A stretch of DNA of 61,859 nt, filler included, from Rhabdomonas costata (lineage: Eukaryota), in NCBI GenBank assembly GCA_019059605.1. It is 15 parts of 15 records of this genome, joined end to end, with 100 filler letters (N's around TTAATTAATTAA, not from the genome) between each part and the next. Parts side by side here need not be neighbours in the genome. Positions count along the whole stretch, not along the records: positions 33,104 to 37,130 come from JAHMHO010000402.1; positions 37,231 to 41,250 come from JAHMHO010000403.1; positions 41,351 to 45,371 come from JAHMHO010000404.1; positions 45,472 to 49,489 come from JAHMHO010000405.1; 11 more parts are not named here. One strand, 5' to 3'. The position numbers were made by a program, and so were the translations under genes. Shown here in pieces: positions 33,359 through 46,264 of the stretch (its first letter is position 1; the number at the start of each line of letters is the position of its first letter). Under the pieces are notes generated by a model. That model saw only the letters and a list, made by a program, of their open reading frames with translations. It was not told where the DNA came from and did no database searches.

Positions 33359-36110
33359 ATTAGTATTCGGCTGCTGCTGATGCTGCTGATCCCCTTTACC
33401 TCGCTCATTATTCTGCTGGTGATTGTGATCTCGGGAGAGGCCGCTTCCTCCTCGAATGCGACCAGGATCACCGTGCTGGCCGACTTGACACAGGACTTGC
33501 TGCTTCTAATTGCCGAGCTGAGTTCGGAGTACACGGACTGCCTGTGGTTTGTCGTTTACCTTTCTCATGCGTGCTATGTGGTCCCAGCCCAAAATTTGTC
33601 ATGGTAAGAAGTCCTGGTGGCAGGATACTCTTTCCCAAGAGGGAGATGAGCGTAAGCTCAAAACAGTATAAGAAATGGTGGTCTGTGATTGGAAGTCCGG
33701 CCTGCTCTCTTTGGGCAACGCTTCACTTTCAGTATCGTTCATCTTTTTGTCTCAGGTGGATCCTGAGCCGGGACTTGAGCGTAGGGATCCAGTGGACCTC
33801 GGGGGGGGTCAACGATGTCGGCATGCGTGACCAAATATACCAAACAGATCTCCGAATAAGTATGCCCTTGCAGTGTGGATCCCAATGGTTGTTCCCGGTC
33901 GTTTTGCCCTGCCGCAGCGGAGGCATTGCTCGGCCTGAAAAGCATGCACACATGCTTAAGTTGGTTTAGTTTGTTCGCTAGTGTGTTCATGGACGCGTAT
34001 CCTTCAGGTGATCTTCTGCAATTTTCGGACGACCATCCGATGTACTCCGTGGACAACGATCTGGCAGCCAAACTTGCAGTGGCGCAATTCCAGGTCATTG
34101 CCCCAAAATCGTCCTTTCCAATGGAACTGGTTCACAGGGGATTCTCACTTCCTCTTCAACCCAATGGGCCTGGTCGTGTCTTAATTGAGCACAGTTCCTT
34201 TTCCAATCAAGTTCATGAGATACGCGATTTTTCGCAAATAGGACGTCTAGGGGCTTCCGTACCTGGCCTTTATGGAATCGAGCCTCGGAGAGAATCCCAA
34301 GCATGCACTCGCCCCCCATTATTCCTCACCCGGGAGTCCCACTACTGTGCTACACCAAACCCCTGTAAAGCGTCAATGGTGAGACTGTAGCCCATTGGCC
34401 TGTACAGGGATCTAAGTGGTACTATCTACCACAGCTGCCACAGCTCCACACCTTACCACCGTTCAGCCCACCCCCCACTCCATTGGGTGTGTGGGGGGTC
34501 CCCCACAACTTCCGGCCCTGGGAGGAAAGGCAGCATATTATGTAAGTGATGGACACGTTTGATTCTGCTTCTGCTTTTGCTGACGGATGACTTTTCTCCT
34601 TTTTTTCTTGTGCTTTCATCTGTGCGGGGATGCGTTTCAGCTCAATCAGATCTCCGACGTCCGGTACAACGTTCAGCGCTTTCGCTACTTTGAAGATGAT
34701 ATCACCGGCTACTACCTTCCCTTGGTAAATGCTTCCCCCCCCTCCCCCGTTATATATCTATGGACACGTTTATTTCGCCATCCGGGAACATTTCCAGTGA
34801 TTGTTCTCAACCCCACTTTGTCTGAGTTCCTATCCAGCATTGCCATTACTTACCCCCTGCTTCCAGGATCGCTTTTTTCTCCCAAAAACCTTTCATAAGT
34901 CAAAAAGTGTTCGTGTTTTGTCAAAAAAAATCCTCGCAGAGTGGGTGAAATCCCGGTGTTCACAGCAAATCCCACTGCTTGTTTTCCTGCTGAAATGAGG
35001 CTGCCCCATAAGGCAGGGATTCTCATCGACTCGAGTAAAGCATTTTATTTTATGATTTTTCGAAACCCACAAAAATACGAAATTTTCGAATCGAGAAAAA
35101 GGAGGAACACGATTTTTACAATTTGTTTGCAAGCAGCACCTAACCTCTTGCAAACCCCGAACCTAAGCCTGCCTTCTGTGCGGTGAGTTGCCGGTCGCTC
35201 ATATACCCATGTTGTTGTTGTTAGGTTATTGTTCATAACACAGGTTCACTGTCTTTCGCCCTTCATCCCTTCATTTGTTTGCGATGCCCAGCGTAAACCC
35301 CGAAGTCCCTCCATGGGGCTTTATGCCTAGGGGTATGGGGAGCTCGCTTTGTGCAGGCGCAACAAAGCTGAGCGTGGGGGTTCCAGACCTCCTCGCATGT
35401 AATGTATCACTTCAGTCGTCCGCCGTCCACTCTTCCGCGTTCGGCCTCCGCAGACAGATTGGTGGTTCTAGCCACCAAGGCTCTTGCCTCCATTGCAAAA
35501 CAGAATCTCTCCCATTCGTCCGCCAAACCCCAATATCGCTCAATACCTCTGTAAAGATCCCTTTTGTTCCCGCCCCTGTGCTCGCTGTGATCATGGACAG
35601 GTGGACCTCCTGCTTGATGCCGTGGATCGCATCGCAACCCTCGCCGACACAGCCACCGTGGAGTACGCCCAGGCCCTGGTGTCGTGGTCTCGAGCAAAGA
35701 CAGCATACGAGCGGGAGAGACAAACCGTGGGCATGGTGTGCTTGTTGTACCCCCTCCCCTCCCCGAGTGTCCTAGTTCGCGCCTGGATTTCCTTCCAAGA
35801 GAATTCTCGAATTGTTCCGCGTTGTTCCGCTCCGGGTTTCAGGGAGTTGCACCTTCAGTGGTTGACCCTTGCGATCAAGCGGGAGAAATCGACCTACCAG
35901 AGGATGTACAGGGGTTGGCGAAGGTTGCCTTTCTGCGTCTTCCGCCGCTGTAAACAGCCTTTTTTGACGGTCTCAAATTCAATGGTCTGATTGGCACCTT
36001 TTTTTTTTGGCGTTTTCACAACTAGTTTTCTTCCAGACAGACGACGTACTGAACACATCCAACGAAACTCAGAGAGCGCATGAAGAAAAGTACTTTCTGC
36101 AGCCTCCTTG
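33359..36110 (+). CDS. Membrane sensor protein with a NIT (nitrate/nitrite-sensing)-like domain, partial, multi-exon
   Basis: TM helix RLLLMLLIPFTSLIILLVIVI, then LLIAELSSEYTDCLWWIL (cf. LVHELQ.ERG.S..FL), RDQIYQTD (cf. QR..TD), LNQISDVRYNV...YYLPLVDLLLD (cf. L..LR..V...YY..LI..LLD) and ALVSWSRAKTAYERER (cf. L.RAKE.AG.ER). GT-AG introns join the exons in frame. Confidence 0.65.
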
Positions 36111-38870
36111 AATACTTGGGGAAATGACGCTTCAAGTGGCACATCAGGAAAGGAACTTCACTGCCACAGCACTCCCTTCCTTCTGGAGTGGATGATTGCA
36201 TCCTTGTTGCAAACATCCACTTGGAATAGAGATTGTTTCGTTGGCATCACAGCCCCCACCCGCGGCGGCGTTTGGGCGGCCCCGGGCCTCCTCGAAAACA
36301 GCGAAGTCCCGGCCTAAGATTGTTGGGCACACCTCAAGGTCCAAGTTGGTTTCCTTTGGTTTACTCTGCCTTTCTTTTTCCTCAGTTTGCAGGGGGTCAT
36401 TTTTAGCAACCCCAACTGTAGCCAGTGCAAGCCGTGTGCCGCGTCGTTGTATGCCGTCTGCAGCTGCCCTTAAGGACTTTTTCAGGGGAGCTTCCGGCCC
36501 ATTTGAGGTGAGGAATCAACCTATATGAACTTTCTTTGGGGCAAGGCGGCGGGGGTACATGAGCAGACGGAGTAAGGTGCGAGAGCGGAGCCAAACGGAG
36601 CGCAGCGAGGCAAGCGATGTGCACGAAGCGAAGCAGGGAGCGAAACGTTTATGACTTTATTTGGGCGAAGGCAATGTAGGGTATGTGACTTTAGTTGGGG
36701 GGGGGGGCTTTTTTCCCTTTACATCCGCTTGGAAAGTCCTGCTGTGGACCTTTGCGGGTCCTCATCCTGAGTTTTTCGGTGTGCAGAGACTGAACCACAA
36801 AATCAGAGTGGCACCCAGAGTGACCCCTCCCTCCTCAATCCCGCGTCCTACAGCCGATGCCAGCATGCCTCTAGTGTTGCTCCTGAAAACCTTCTTCTGC
36901 CCTCATCAAAGCAAGCCATCTCATGAGATCTTCTTCCGCACAGAGAGCTCACGGTGAAACTGATCTGGCCACTCCGGTTTTAGCGCGAAGTTCTCGTGGG
37001 CTGTGGTGCATTGTCCCCACTGAAAACAGACGTGCTATGGGCAGCCCTTTTGGATCGTAGGACTCAGAGAAATAGCTGAAAAACGATTCCTGAGTAATAT
37101 ACAAGAGTATGTATGTATGCCAACCTCAGANNNNNNNNNNNNNNNNNNNNNNNNNNNNNNNNNNNNNNNNNNNNTTAATTAATTAANNNNNNNNNNNNNN
37201 NNNNNNNNNNNNNNNNNNNNNNNNNNNNNNTTTTGGGTTTTTGAAGGTGGGTTGACGAAACGAAAGGTTTAATATTGGCGCATCGGTTAAAGTGAGGGGA
37301 AAGCCTCGTTGCGGCTAAGGAAAAGATTTGTTCAGTTGTTGAAATGATACTGAACGAAGCTCCAGACCCGAGCGGGGCTGTGGGAGAAAGATTTGGGAAG
37401 GAAAGCTGAGGAAAAAAGGTAAACAGGGCGGCGACAAAAAAGGTAAGAGGGTCGGCTTATAGAAGGCGTGTAACAACCCATGCGGGGGTGATTTTGGAAA
37501 AAGCAAACCAGCGCCATGGCCACTTACACCTAAAAGCCAGCGTTGTCCGTGAAAGTTCTGAAAGATGGAACCCCGCCCGGGGGTGAAAGTTCAGGAAACT
37601 CTGACCCCAAGGTCCGGTCACCCAACGGGAGGCCGGCAACACACAGGCCTGCTTCGGCTTTGCCCTCTGTATGCCGGGTTGTTGGTTCCTCTTCCTTTTG
37701 TACCTTTTTCTAGCTCTCTCTCTTCCTCTCTTTCTCTACACGCTGGCTTCCTTTGTCCCAACACGTCTAGTAACGGCAAAGCAAAAAAAACCTTGGAGCA
37801 GTCGAAGCGTTTTTACCCACAAAAAGGGCGGGCTCACTCGCCACGGCGTGGGTCGGCGAGAACAGATAGTATGGCAAAGGAAGACCCTACGTGACCCACG
37901 TAACGGCGGGAGACACCAAGTCTTGGAGAATCGCAGCGCGAGGGAAGGGATAAGGGGTCAAATACCCTTCCTGGGAAATGTCGTCGCGTCGATGATTTGC
38001 AAAATACGTCTTTCGTTCGTCTTTCATTTTTCTGTACTACTATCTCTATTGGTCATGGTTTGTATGCGCGTCATGTGTGCTGTGAGCGCTGCCCCCAATC
38101 TGGGAAGGCCCGCGGAAGGAGGCGATTTTCAGTTTTGCTGCTGAACGCGAGAGAGATATAACGGATAAATCCGAAGAACAACAATGAGCAAATGGTTCGC
38201 GCTTCAAGCAGCATACTACATAGGATAGGATTGCCGCATTGCCGCAGAACCATAGCCTTAGCATCATCAAGAGCGGTAATGCATCGAACATCCTTAATTT
38301 GGTAGAATGCAAAGATGATGCAAATTGTAATGAGGCCCCACAGGGTTCATCTCGCTAACTCTGCGTTGATGCTTGCTTCAATGCTCGCCCCCTCCCGGCC
38401 TGGAAGCCTTTGGCCATCTGCTGAAAGCTTACTGCAGAACAACCGGGAATCCATTCCCCTTCAACTTTGAGTGCAAGAGACATTCCAAGATTTACAAATG
38501 AGCGAACTATGTACACCTGCGTTGTACATCTCCAGAACGCGAAACGTTTTCCTGTGCAAACGAAGAAATACAAAACCGAGAACCGAGCCCTGTGGTGTAC
38601 ACTCCCTCGCACCTGGAATCTTTATTTCGTCAAAAAACATCCAACGATCTCAGTGGCAAAACTGAAACATCTTCCAAGTGAATACATGCGGACGGAGCTC
38701 CCTCGAACTCCCTCCCCAGAATCATATGCAATGAACGTATCAACCCCCTCAACGACAACGGTTTCAGTGTTAGGCATCAAAAGCCGGCAAAATTACTATG
38801 CGTGCCTTGGGTCGGGACCCGCAGCCACAGAAGTGTGGACGCAAGTGCACGCACACATCCACACACCGCT

Positions 38871-39489
38871 TCATTCAAAAAGAGCACGATTGGTGTTCAC
38901 CGTGTCACTTTCAAGCTTGACAGAGCCACCCGACAGCCGCTGTCGCTTCACCGATGGAGACGGTGCGTCGGTAAGCGGTGTTGTCGGCACTCGAAAACTC
39001 CCCGAAGACCGGGGGGTTGGGACACCTTCACAGGCCCCCGAATGAGACGCTCCTGAAGGCACGGCGTCTAAAGGCGGAGGTGGCGATATATTTCCCGGGT
39101 GAGGAGAACTTTTCCGTCCCAGTGACAGCCGCTGCTGCCGTTGGCGCTGCCGAAGGTCATACTGCAGCTCCACTGCCAGCTGAGGGTCTGAGGCGAGAAG
39201 GTTCTGCACTTCTGTGGGATACTCCCGGACAATGAGTTGCAGGTACGCGCACAACAGTCTGAGATGAGGGGAACGTTTTCGTTGCAGCCATCGCTTCAGC
39301 TCCACCAGAACAGGAATAACGGTCACCTCAATGTGTTTGCGGAGCATTTCCGCGTAGACCTTGCGGTTGAAATCGGTGAGAGCAGCGCTGCCTGTCTCCG
39401 CGTCGTCGACGTCTGTAGAGCACACGCCGCACTGTGGGATCCGCGTTGATAGCCGCATCTCCTTCGACATCAAGATGGTAAGGATAACA
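38871..39489 (-). CDS. NCAPD3: Condensin II subunit CAP-D3, C-terminal exon
   Basis: ILTILMSKEMRL...KHIEVTVIPVLVELKRWLQRKRSPHLRLLCAYLQLIVREYPTEVQNLLASDPQLAVELQYDLR matches the CAP-D3 C-terminal signature. Confidence 0.82.
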
Positions 39490-41357
39490 CTACCCGCCAA
39501 GAACAGGAATTTTGAAAAAATAACCGATGTAATTTGGAAAAAAGAATCCAGAGAAGGAGGCTGGATGGATTCAACCTATACTGCCTATTAACCAGCAATG
39601 TCACCGAAAATACTGTGAGAAATATTAGCTTGAAAGACAAGTGTCACCGGCCAGTCCCAAGGTCCCTGGTGGAAAGAATGGCGCTAACCATCCTACGCTT
39701 GGTGACTGATGTTTACAGCATCATGCCACACCAGTAAATTGAACAGCTTTCACACCACGTTTTAGATCAATATCATCAGGAATGGAGTATGAGCGCAGAG
39801 GACGATGCCATACACCTCCAATGACAACGTATCAATTAGTAAATCAACAAATGGAGTTGGTTCCACACTCCGGTAAGTGGTAAAGACACAGAATCTGCAG
39901 TTATTGGCAACGGACTGGGTCTCAATTGAGACGCTGACCACCTTAGGAAGCCGAATGCTTCAAATGCCTACGGAATGGACACATTTCCCACCCCCCACAC
40001 ATACACCAGCATTACATCGACCCCATAAATCCACCCACCAACCCAACTCCACGCCACCGATTTCTGGTTCTCTCGTTCTGTTACTCGTTTGCATACAAAA
40101 ACCTGTTCACACGCGCTCATCGTTCCAGGATTTCAAGAGCAAAATGGAGCCGAACCTCTAGGATTTGTTTATTAGATCACTAATTCGATGGTGGACGTTT
40201 TCAATGTTAACACACGGTGGGAGGAACGGTCGTGCACCTGGGACTTCACCATTACCAGGTGTTCGATCACACAAACCTCCACCGAGATCCCATGGCAGGC
40301 AACGGCGGAATGGCCTGTGCAACTCCTTCCAGCGAAACAACCACGGGCCCAGCAGCAGTTTCAACAAAAACCACCACCCATGGATACACTTGTGAAACCA
40401 ATCGGCAAAGCCAGTAATGCAACTGGTGGACACCCAACGATATTGGAGGAAACCCGTGGTCAGATGCGGGTAACGATGCGGAGAGGTGTCCGCAAAAATC
40501 ACCGATCCAACTGTGTACTGCGTATGCATGCTTCGCTCATTTCCAGCGCGGAACAACGCGCACATCTGATATCTTCATTTTCCAACGGTGTGGTTACTGC
40601 GGGCCTTTTAATGAGACTTGGTGCGCCTCGTCTTTTTTCCCCGAGTTTTTTGTTCTTGCAAAGACAAAACGGCTATAGCAAGATGCATCCATCCACCTAT
40701 AGCACCTGTCTTGGAAGTGATGGAGGGAGAAACCTTTGCGTTTTTTGTGTGAGCAAGCCGGATGGCTGTAGAACTGATTCAACCAGAAGTGATAGAAAAG
40801 CGGAAGATGGAGAAGTAAAAAGGCAGAGTTCTCAATGGACCGACACGGAAACATCGAGAGAAAGAGATGAGTGAATTTACAGGTGCACCCGCGCGTCGTT
40901 TTTGCTGGAACCACGTTGCCGGTCACAATTTTACAAAAACACACTACCCAATAGATTTGATGGCAGAGAAACGAGGAGAAAACTTAGTGCAGGTTGAGGC
41001 CGCGAGGCCACCACCAGAAAGCGTGAAACCCAGACTGGGTAGAGCAGAGCTACAGCTAGATGCCAAGGCGGAGCAAAAGCAGAGAACAGGACGCCATAGG
41101 CCTATGTCAGCGAAAGAAGGAAATAAGAAAATGTAAAGCCGACAATTCAAGTTGCAGGTCAAAGTTTTTGGTAAGAGCCTCACTTCAGAGTCTAAATTGT
41201 AGAAGTTAGGAGAGCAGTGCTGGATGCCAATGGTGGTGGTACAAAAAACANNNNNNNNNNNNNNNNNNNNNNNNNNNNNNNNNNNNNNNNNNNNTTAATT
41301 AATTAANNNNNNNNNNNNNNNNNNNNNNNNNNNNNNNNNNNNNNNNNNNNTGTGTTG

Positions 41358-41645
41358 TGGTTTTAAACGCGAAGGTTTTTTAGTCACATTTCTAGGGGTT
41401 TTGGTCAAAGTCCACTTTGTTATGGTAGAGCGCTCGGGAAGCAAGGCTGGCGCTAAAAAGTAGCAAGAGCCGTGACGTCTGACACGTGGCAGCAGAGGTT
41501 CGTTCTTCCACCAGTACGGAGGAACGCAGCGAAGTATCATTTGAAATTCATGACAGGTGGTAAAATATGGCTGTTTAAATCACAACAAGAGCTCCGCGTA
41601 CAATAAAATGTCTTCCAAGTTAGCTTGTGGTATTGGGTGGTCGGT
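41358..41645 (+). repeat. Direct repeat copy A (~290 bp)
   Basis: TGTGGTTTTAAACG.GAAGGTTTTTTAGTCACATTT...CACCAGTACGGAGGAACGCAGCGAAGTATCATTTG...GAGCTCCGCGTACAATAAAATGTCTTCCA recurs at 45058-45345 with scattered substitutions. Confidence 0.92.
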
Positions 41646-44600
41646 TTTGTGGTTAAGTACTATTATGTGTGGAAATTTTGATTTTTCTGAATTGAGAAAA
41701 ATTACCGAGACTGGATAGATAATCACCATATACTTTGAACAGGTTCATTCCAAAAAATGTCAACAGTCATACAAGTACCACCTGTGTGTTCAGCACAAAG
41801 AGATTCTATTGTGAAAAGAGACTTTCTGGTGCAGTTTGACGATGCCTAAAGTTTAATGAATCAGAATCATGGGTGAGAACAAATGAATAAAGAGCTCTAA
41901 ACCAGATTACAGATATTAAGAGTCAAGAGTATGTATGTACAGAGACAGTAGCACTGAGAAAATTGCAGAATCATGACCCTTATTTACACATTCTATGGTA
42001 ATCTAGAGAATTTCATGCACTGAGTAATCACTGCGGAATAGAGAAAATAAACCGGCGTCTTGCTGATCATGTAGCAATAACATTTGCGTTCATAGAGTTG
42101 GAACATCACACAGGAGACGCTTGATGCGTGAAGCATTTGTAGTCTACGTGAAGACAAGATTCCGTTCCTACACCTTAGAGTACAAATTGGATGAGATTAG
42201 AGTTGAAGACGCAAACTTTCATTTTTGTGTCTCAGTTAACACTGGTAGACAAGCTATTTGTAGACTGTACTTCGCATTCTCAAGATTGCAACCGCAATAA
42301 TCTTGTGCTGTGTCTTCGCAGTAAAATCCAATTATCGACTGCTGTGGAGTCCTGGAGTCCTCTATTCATGATTGAGCAAACTGACATATCCCACAATATT
42401 TCAAATAACACGCATACACTTGCGGTCACGTCGTAGAAAACGTTTTTATATTTGCTTAAATTTCCAGAAAGTATAAATGTATAACAGAATCACAGGGAAC
42501 ACGTGCATCACCTCCTAGCCACCTGCAAACTCAGAAAAGGGACCAAAAATGCACTTGGTGTTGGGGACCATAAGTGCACTAGCTCCACAAAACTCTTGGC
42601 AAAATGCCTGCGCAAAATGTGCTTTTGACTGATGCCTCTGGGTGTGAGTGTCAAATTTAGTCTATGCAATAATATATATAATGGAGATATGGAGATATGG
42701 AGATATAGTATTTTATATATTTCCACCATTCCCGGCTTGTGTTTCAGGCGTTTTCATTTCAGGCGCAGAAGCAAGGTGAGCACAGCAGCAGAAACAGCAA
42801 AACAGTAAAAACCAAAAGCAACTTCTAGCTAAAAACAGCTCACGTTACAATATACAGCACCACCGCACAAACTTTTTTAGAAAATCTTGCGTTGCACCAT
42901 ACAAACTACTCAATAAAATATTCTTTTTGCACGCATGACGTTTTAATACATTGCTTTGTGAAATTATCAATTTCCTACTGCAACAAGTAAAAAGCTATCA
43001 AAACACTTTTGAAATTTCATTTGATTAGTTGGCTTGATGTGTACAGTCTTTGGCTTCAAATCAAGGCATTATTCTTCACAAATACGCCGCAATCTATAAC
43101 ATTAACACATTCCCATTGTAATAGAAGTTTTAGAAATTTTGCCACTTTTGCTACACTACGTTTTTATTGTCGAACTCCTTTGGGATATTTCTTGCACAAA
43201 TTCAAACTCCTCCGCTTTCAACATTATGGCTTACGATTCGAATCTTTTCCTCCGCGCAAAGTTTTATTATGAGACTCCAGTTTATTCTATAACTCTTCAA
43301 AAACTTCCCCTAACCTGTGTGCAACCTATGCTGCTTTCTCTTAAACTTGCTTTCATTCATATTACAAGTTGCAATATTGTGAAAACTCAGCTTTGGATCT
43401 TCTTCAATTTCCTAGTGGCTCTAGTTGCTTAACTCTGCCTTTTGACTGATGCTATGGTGGCTTTGATTTTGCTTTTATTTTGCTCCATAACTTTTGTCAT
43501 TTGTTTTCGGTGTCTGTAACTCTTGTTTATCTGTCATTTTGCTAGGCCTGCTATCATTTATTCTCTTTGCACTGCCTTTCTGTACTCTCCTCTGCTCTCG
43601 CTGGAATGTTATTCTTCAGCTTAACGTACAGCTCTGCTTCTTCTTAACGGCTTGTGATACTCAGTCACCAAGGTCCCACTGCGCTTTTCTAGTGACTTTT
43701 CATCAACTGGCGCTGCTTGCTGGTGCATTTTAATTAGCCGTATTTTGCACTTTGCCGCCAACTTCCTGTCAACTAATTGCTTAATTTAACGTCCTTCTTG
43801 CTGATATTATCCAAAACATTTGCGGATCATCATACTGTATTCAGCTCCGCTGACTTGTCCTCATCAACGGCGTCCTTTGAGCGGCTTTCATAAGCACAGG
43901 ACTAATGCGTCTTCTTATTCTTGTTTTCTTACGCCTTCTCTTCCAGTGTGCTGCTCAAAACCTCAACTAGAAGCTTCAGATTTAACGCCTTTGCTCCTAA
44001 AACTCTCATTATAAAAACTCTCCTCTGAGTAAACTTTCTGAGTAAACGGATTTCTCATACTTGCTTCTCCACATTAACGTGCTCCAAATAGCTGTCATTA
44101 CAAAAGGCCACGTTTTCGGCCCAACTAGTGCGATTAAAACAGAGTTTAGTTTTCTGCGAAAATTGTTTACACCCAGATATGCTTCGGAAACTCTTACTTG
44201 GATCCTACCTCTTTATATTGTCGTGTTTATGGATCCCACTCAAGCTGGACTGTATCCATACATTGCTTCCGCGGGCGCTGTCTCTGCGTTATTAATTTTC
44301 TTGCAGCCTACAAAGTAGTGAAAGTCTCTTGAGTTCGTCCGTAAGTCGCTCTGGTGTTGGTTTCTGCGTGCGTGAGTCCCATTTGTGAAACTGGTGCATG
44401 TTGTTTCACTTTTAGATTCACCACGCCGCCTTGGTCTAAATCTGGTAACCTCTGTGAGCACAACTCTGCTTACAAAAAAGATGGGATAAATAGGACGTGT
44501 GTGTGGTGAATGTTGTTTGTGAACATGTTGTTGTCTCTTTGTAGTGCCTTTGTGTTCACATCTTCTGTACTGTGGAAGGGTTTAGCTGTGAGAGTCTCTA

Positions 44601-45057
44601 ACATTATGAATCAAGAATATCAAGAGTATCAAAGATCAATAATGTAATAAGTAGATCACGTAGATCAGTTAGTTCCGTACCGACTAAAAAAGAGAGCAAG
44701 GAGTTTGCCCTTTTTTCTTATCATTCGAATAAAGTGTTGGTTTTTGTTTGGTTTTGTGGTGTTGTGTGCACCTGTGTACATAAGCTGTGACTTTTTGTGG
44801 TTGATATTAGTTGGTTGTTCAGCCGCTCTATTTGAAAGAAAAATAGAAAGAATTTCATTTCAGAGGACATATGTGTGTATACCATCAGTAGCACAGTAGT
44901 AGAATTGGAATTGCTATTGGACAGTAGGCGACCAATTTTCACCCCAAGTACACGTTTAGTGGTAAATCGATGCTCTAATGCATAAAATCACCCAACAAAC
45001 TCCATTAATCGGCAAATTACGCAGGAAAATTGTGAAGCTCCAAGGTGATTTGTCAAA

Positions 45058-45345
45058 TGTGGTTTTAAACGGGAAGGTTTTTTAGTCACATTTCGAGCGT
45101 TTTTGGTAAATGTCCGCTTTGCTATGGTAGAGCGCTCTGGAGGCAAGGCTGGCGCTAAAACGTAGAAATAGTAACGTCTGACACGTGGAAGCAGAGGTTT
45201 GTTCCTACACCAGTACGGAGGAACGCAGCGAAGTATCATTTGCAATTCATTAAAGGTGGTAAAATATGGCTGTTTCAAGCACAACAAGAGCTCCGCGTAC
45301 AATAAAATGTCTTCCACGTTAGTATGTGGTATCATGTGGTCGTTT
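45058..45345 (+). repeat. Direct repeat copy B (~290 bp)
   Basis: Diverged copy of 41358-41645, 3.7 kb downstream on the same contig. Confidence 0.92.
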
Positions 45346-46264
45346 TATGTTCAAAAAATCACACACACAAANNNNNNNNNNNNNNNNNNNNNNNNNNNNN
45401 NNNNNNNNNNNNNNNTTAATTAATTAANNNNNNNNNNNNNNNNNNNNNNNNNNNNNNNNNNNNNNNNNNNNGGTTTTTTTTCTTTTTTGCGGGAATGAAC
45501 CGTTACAAATACGGCCGGCGGCGGCGCGCCAGTTGAAAGGTTTGAGAGGTTTCCTCGAAATCTTTTCCGTTAGAGAGCAGGTTGGGGGTTAAAAAGGGTG
45601 AAGGTCATGGCGTAGTCGGCGGGCAAGGTGGAGCTATGAAGGAGGGCGTTCGGAAGCAGAGAACTTGGGCGCGAGCGTTACGGAGTCGAGAAGGTCCTCT
45701 GTGAAATCCTGATTCGTGGTAGTAGGTCCGCGGTACGAATTGCTGTTCTTTTTATTTGCTTCTCGACGGCCTCCGTCCCGCTGTTTTTGTTCTACTGTTA
45801 GTGCGGTACACACCTGGAACGGAAAGTCCAACGCCACACAGCATGACACGAAACTGATGGCGCAAGTTCTGGGCTTCAGCAAATTTTAACCGAGAAGGGT
45901 TGTTTTCTGCGTTCCCCAACACAAAGGTGCAAGAAGAAAACTCACTGAGCAATGAAAGTTGCCCCAAAAATGCGGCCCACCGCCGCGCTCTGTGCGTGAT
46001 AATTGTATGTGGGTAGGCACAGAGGCTGAGGGAGAAAGCAGGACCAACAGGCGCCTCTCCCGTGTTGGGGTCCTGGACTATCCTGCAATTCGCGGTGTGG
46101 ACTTTGGGGAAGGGATAAAAACAAGGTATGTGCCTGGGGGCGATTCGCAACTACAGCTAACGACTACAACAGGCTGGGAAACGCTAAGAATAAGAAGACG
46201 AGGCAGAAAAAGAACAGCGGGGTCGGCCATGCCGTGGCCGTCCCCAACTTCTGTTCCGTATTTC

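Noticed and set aside
33860-33969. Apparent non-canonical intron in the NIT gene
   Set aside because: A canonical GT...CAG acceptor at 34007 restores the frame.
44033-44043. ACTTTCTGAGT, matching the start of the Euglena spliced leader
   Set aside because: The match stops after 11 nt, arises from a local TCTGAGTAAAC duplication, and has no SL donor site.
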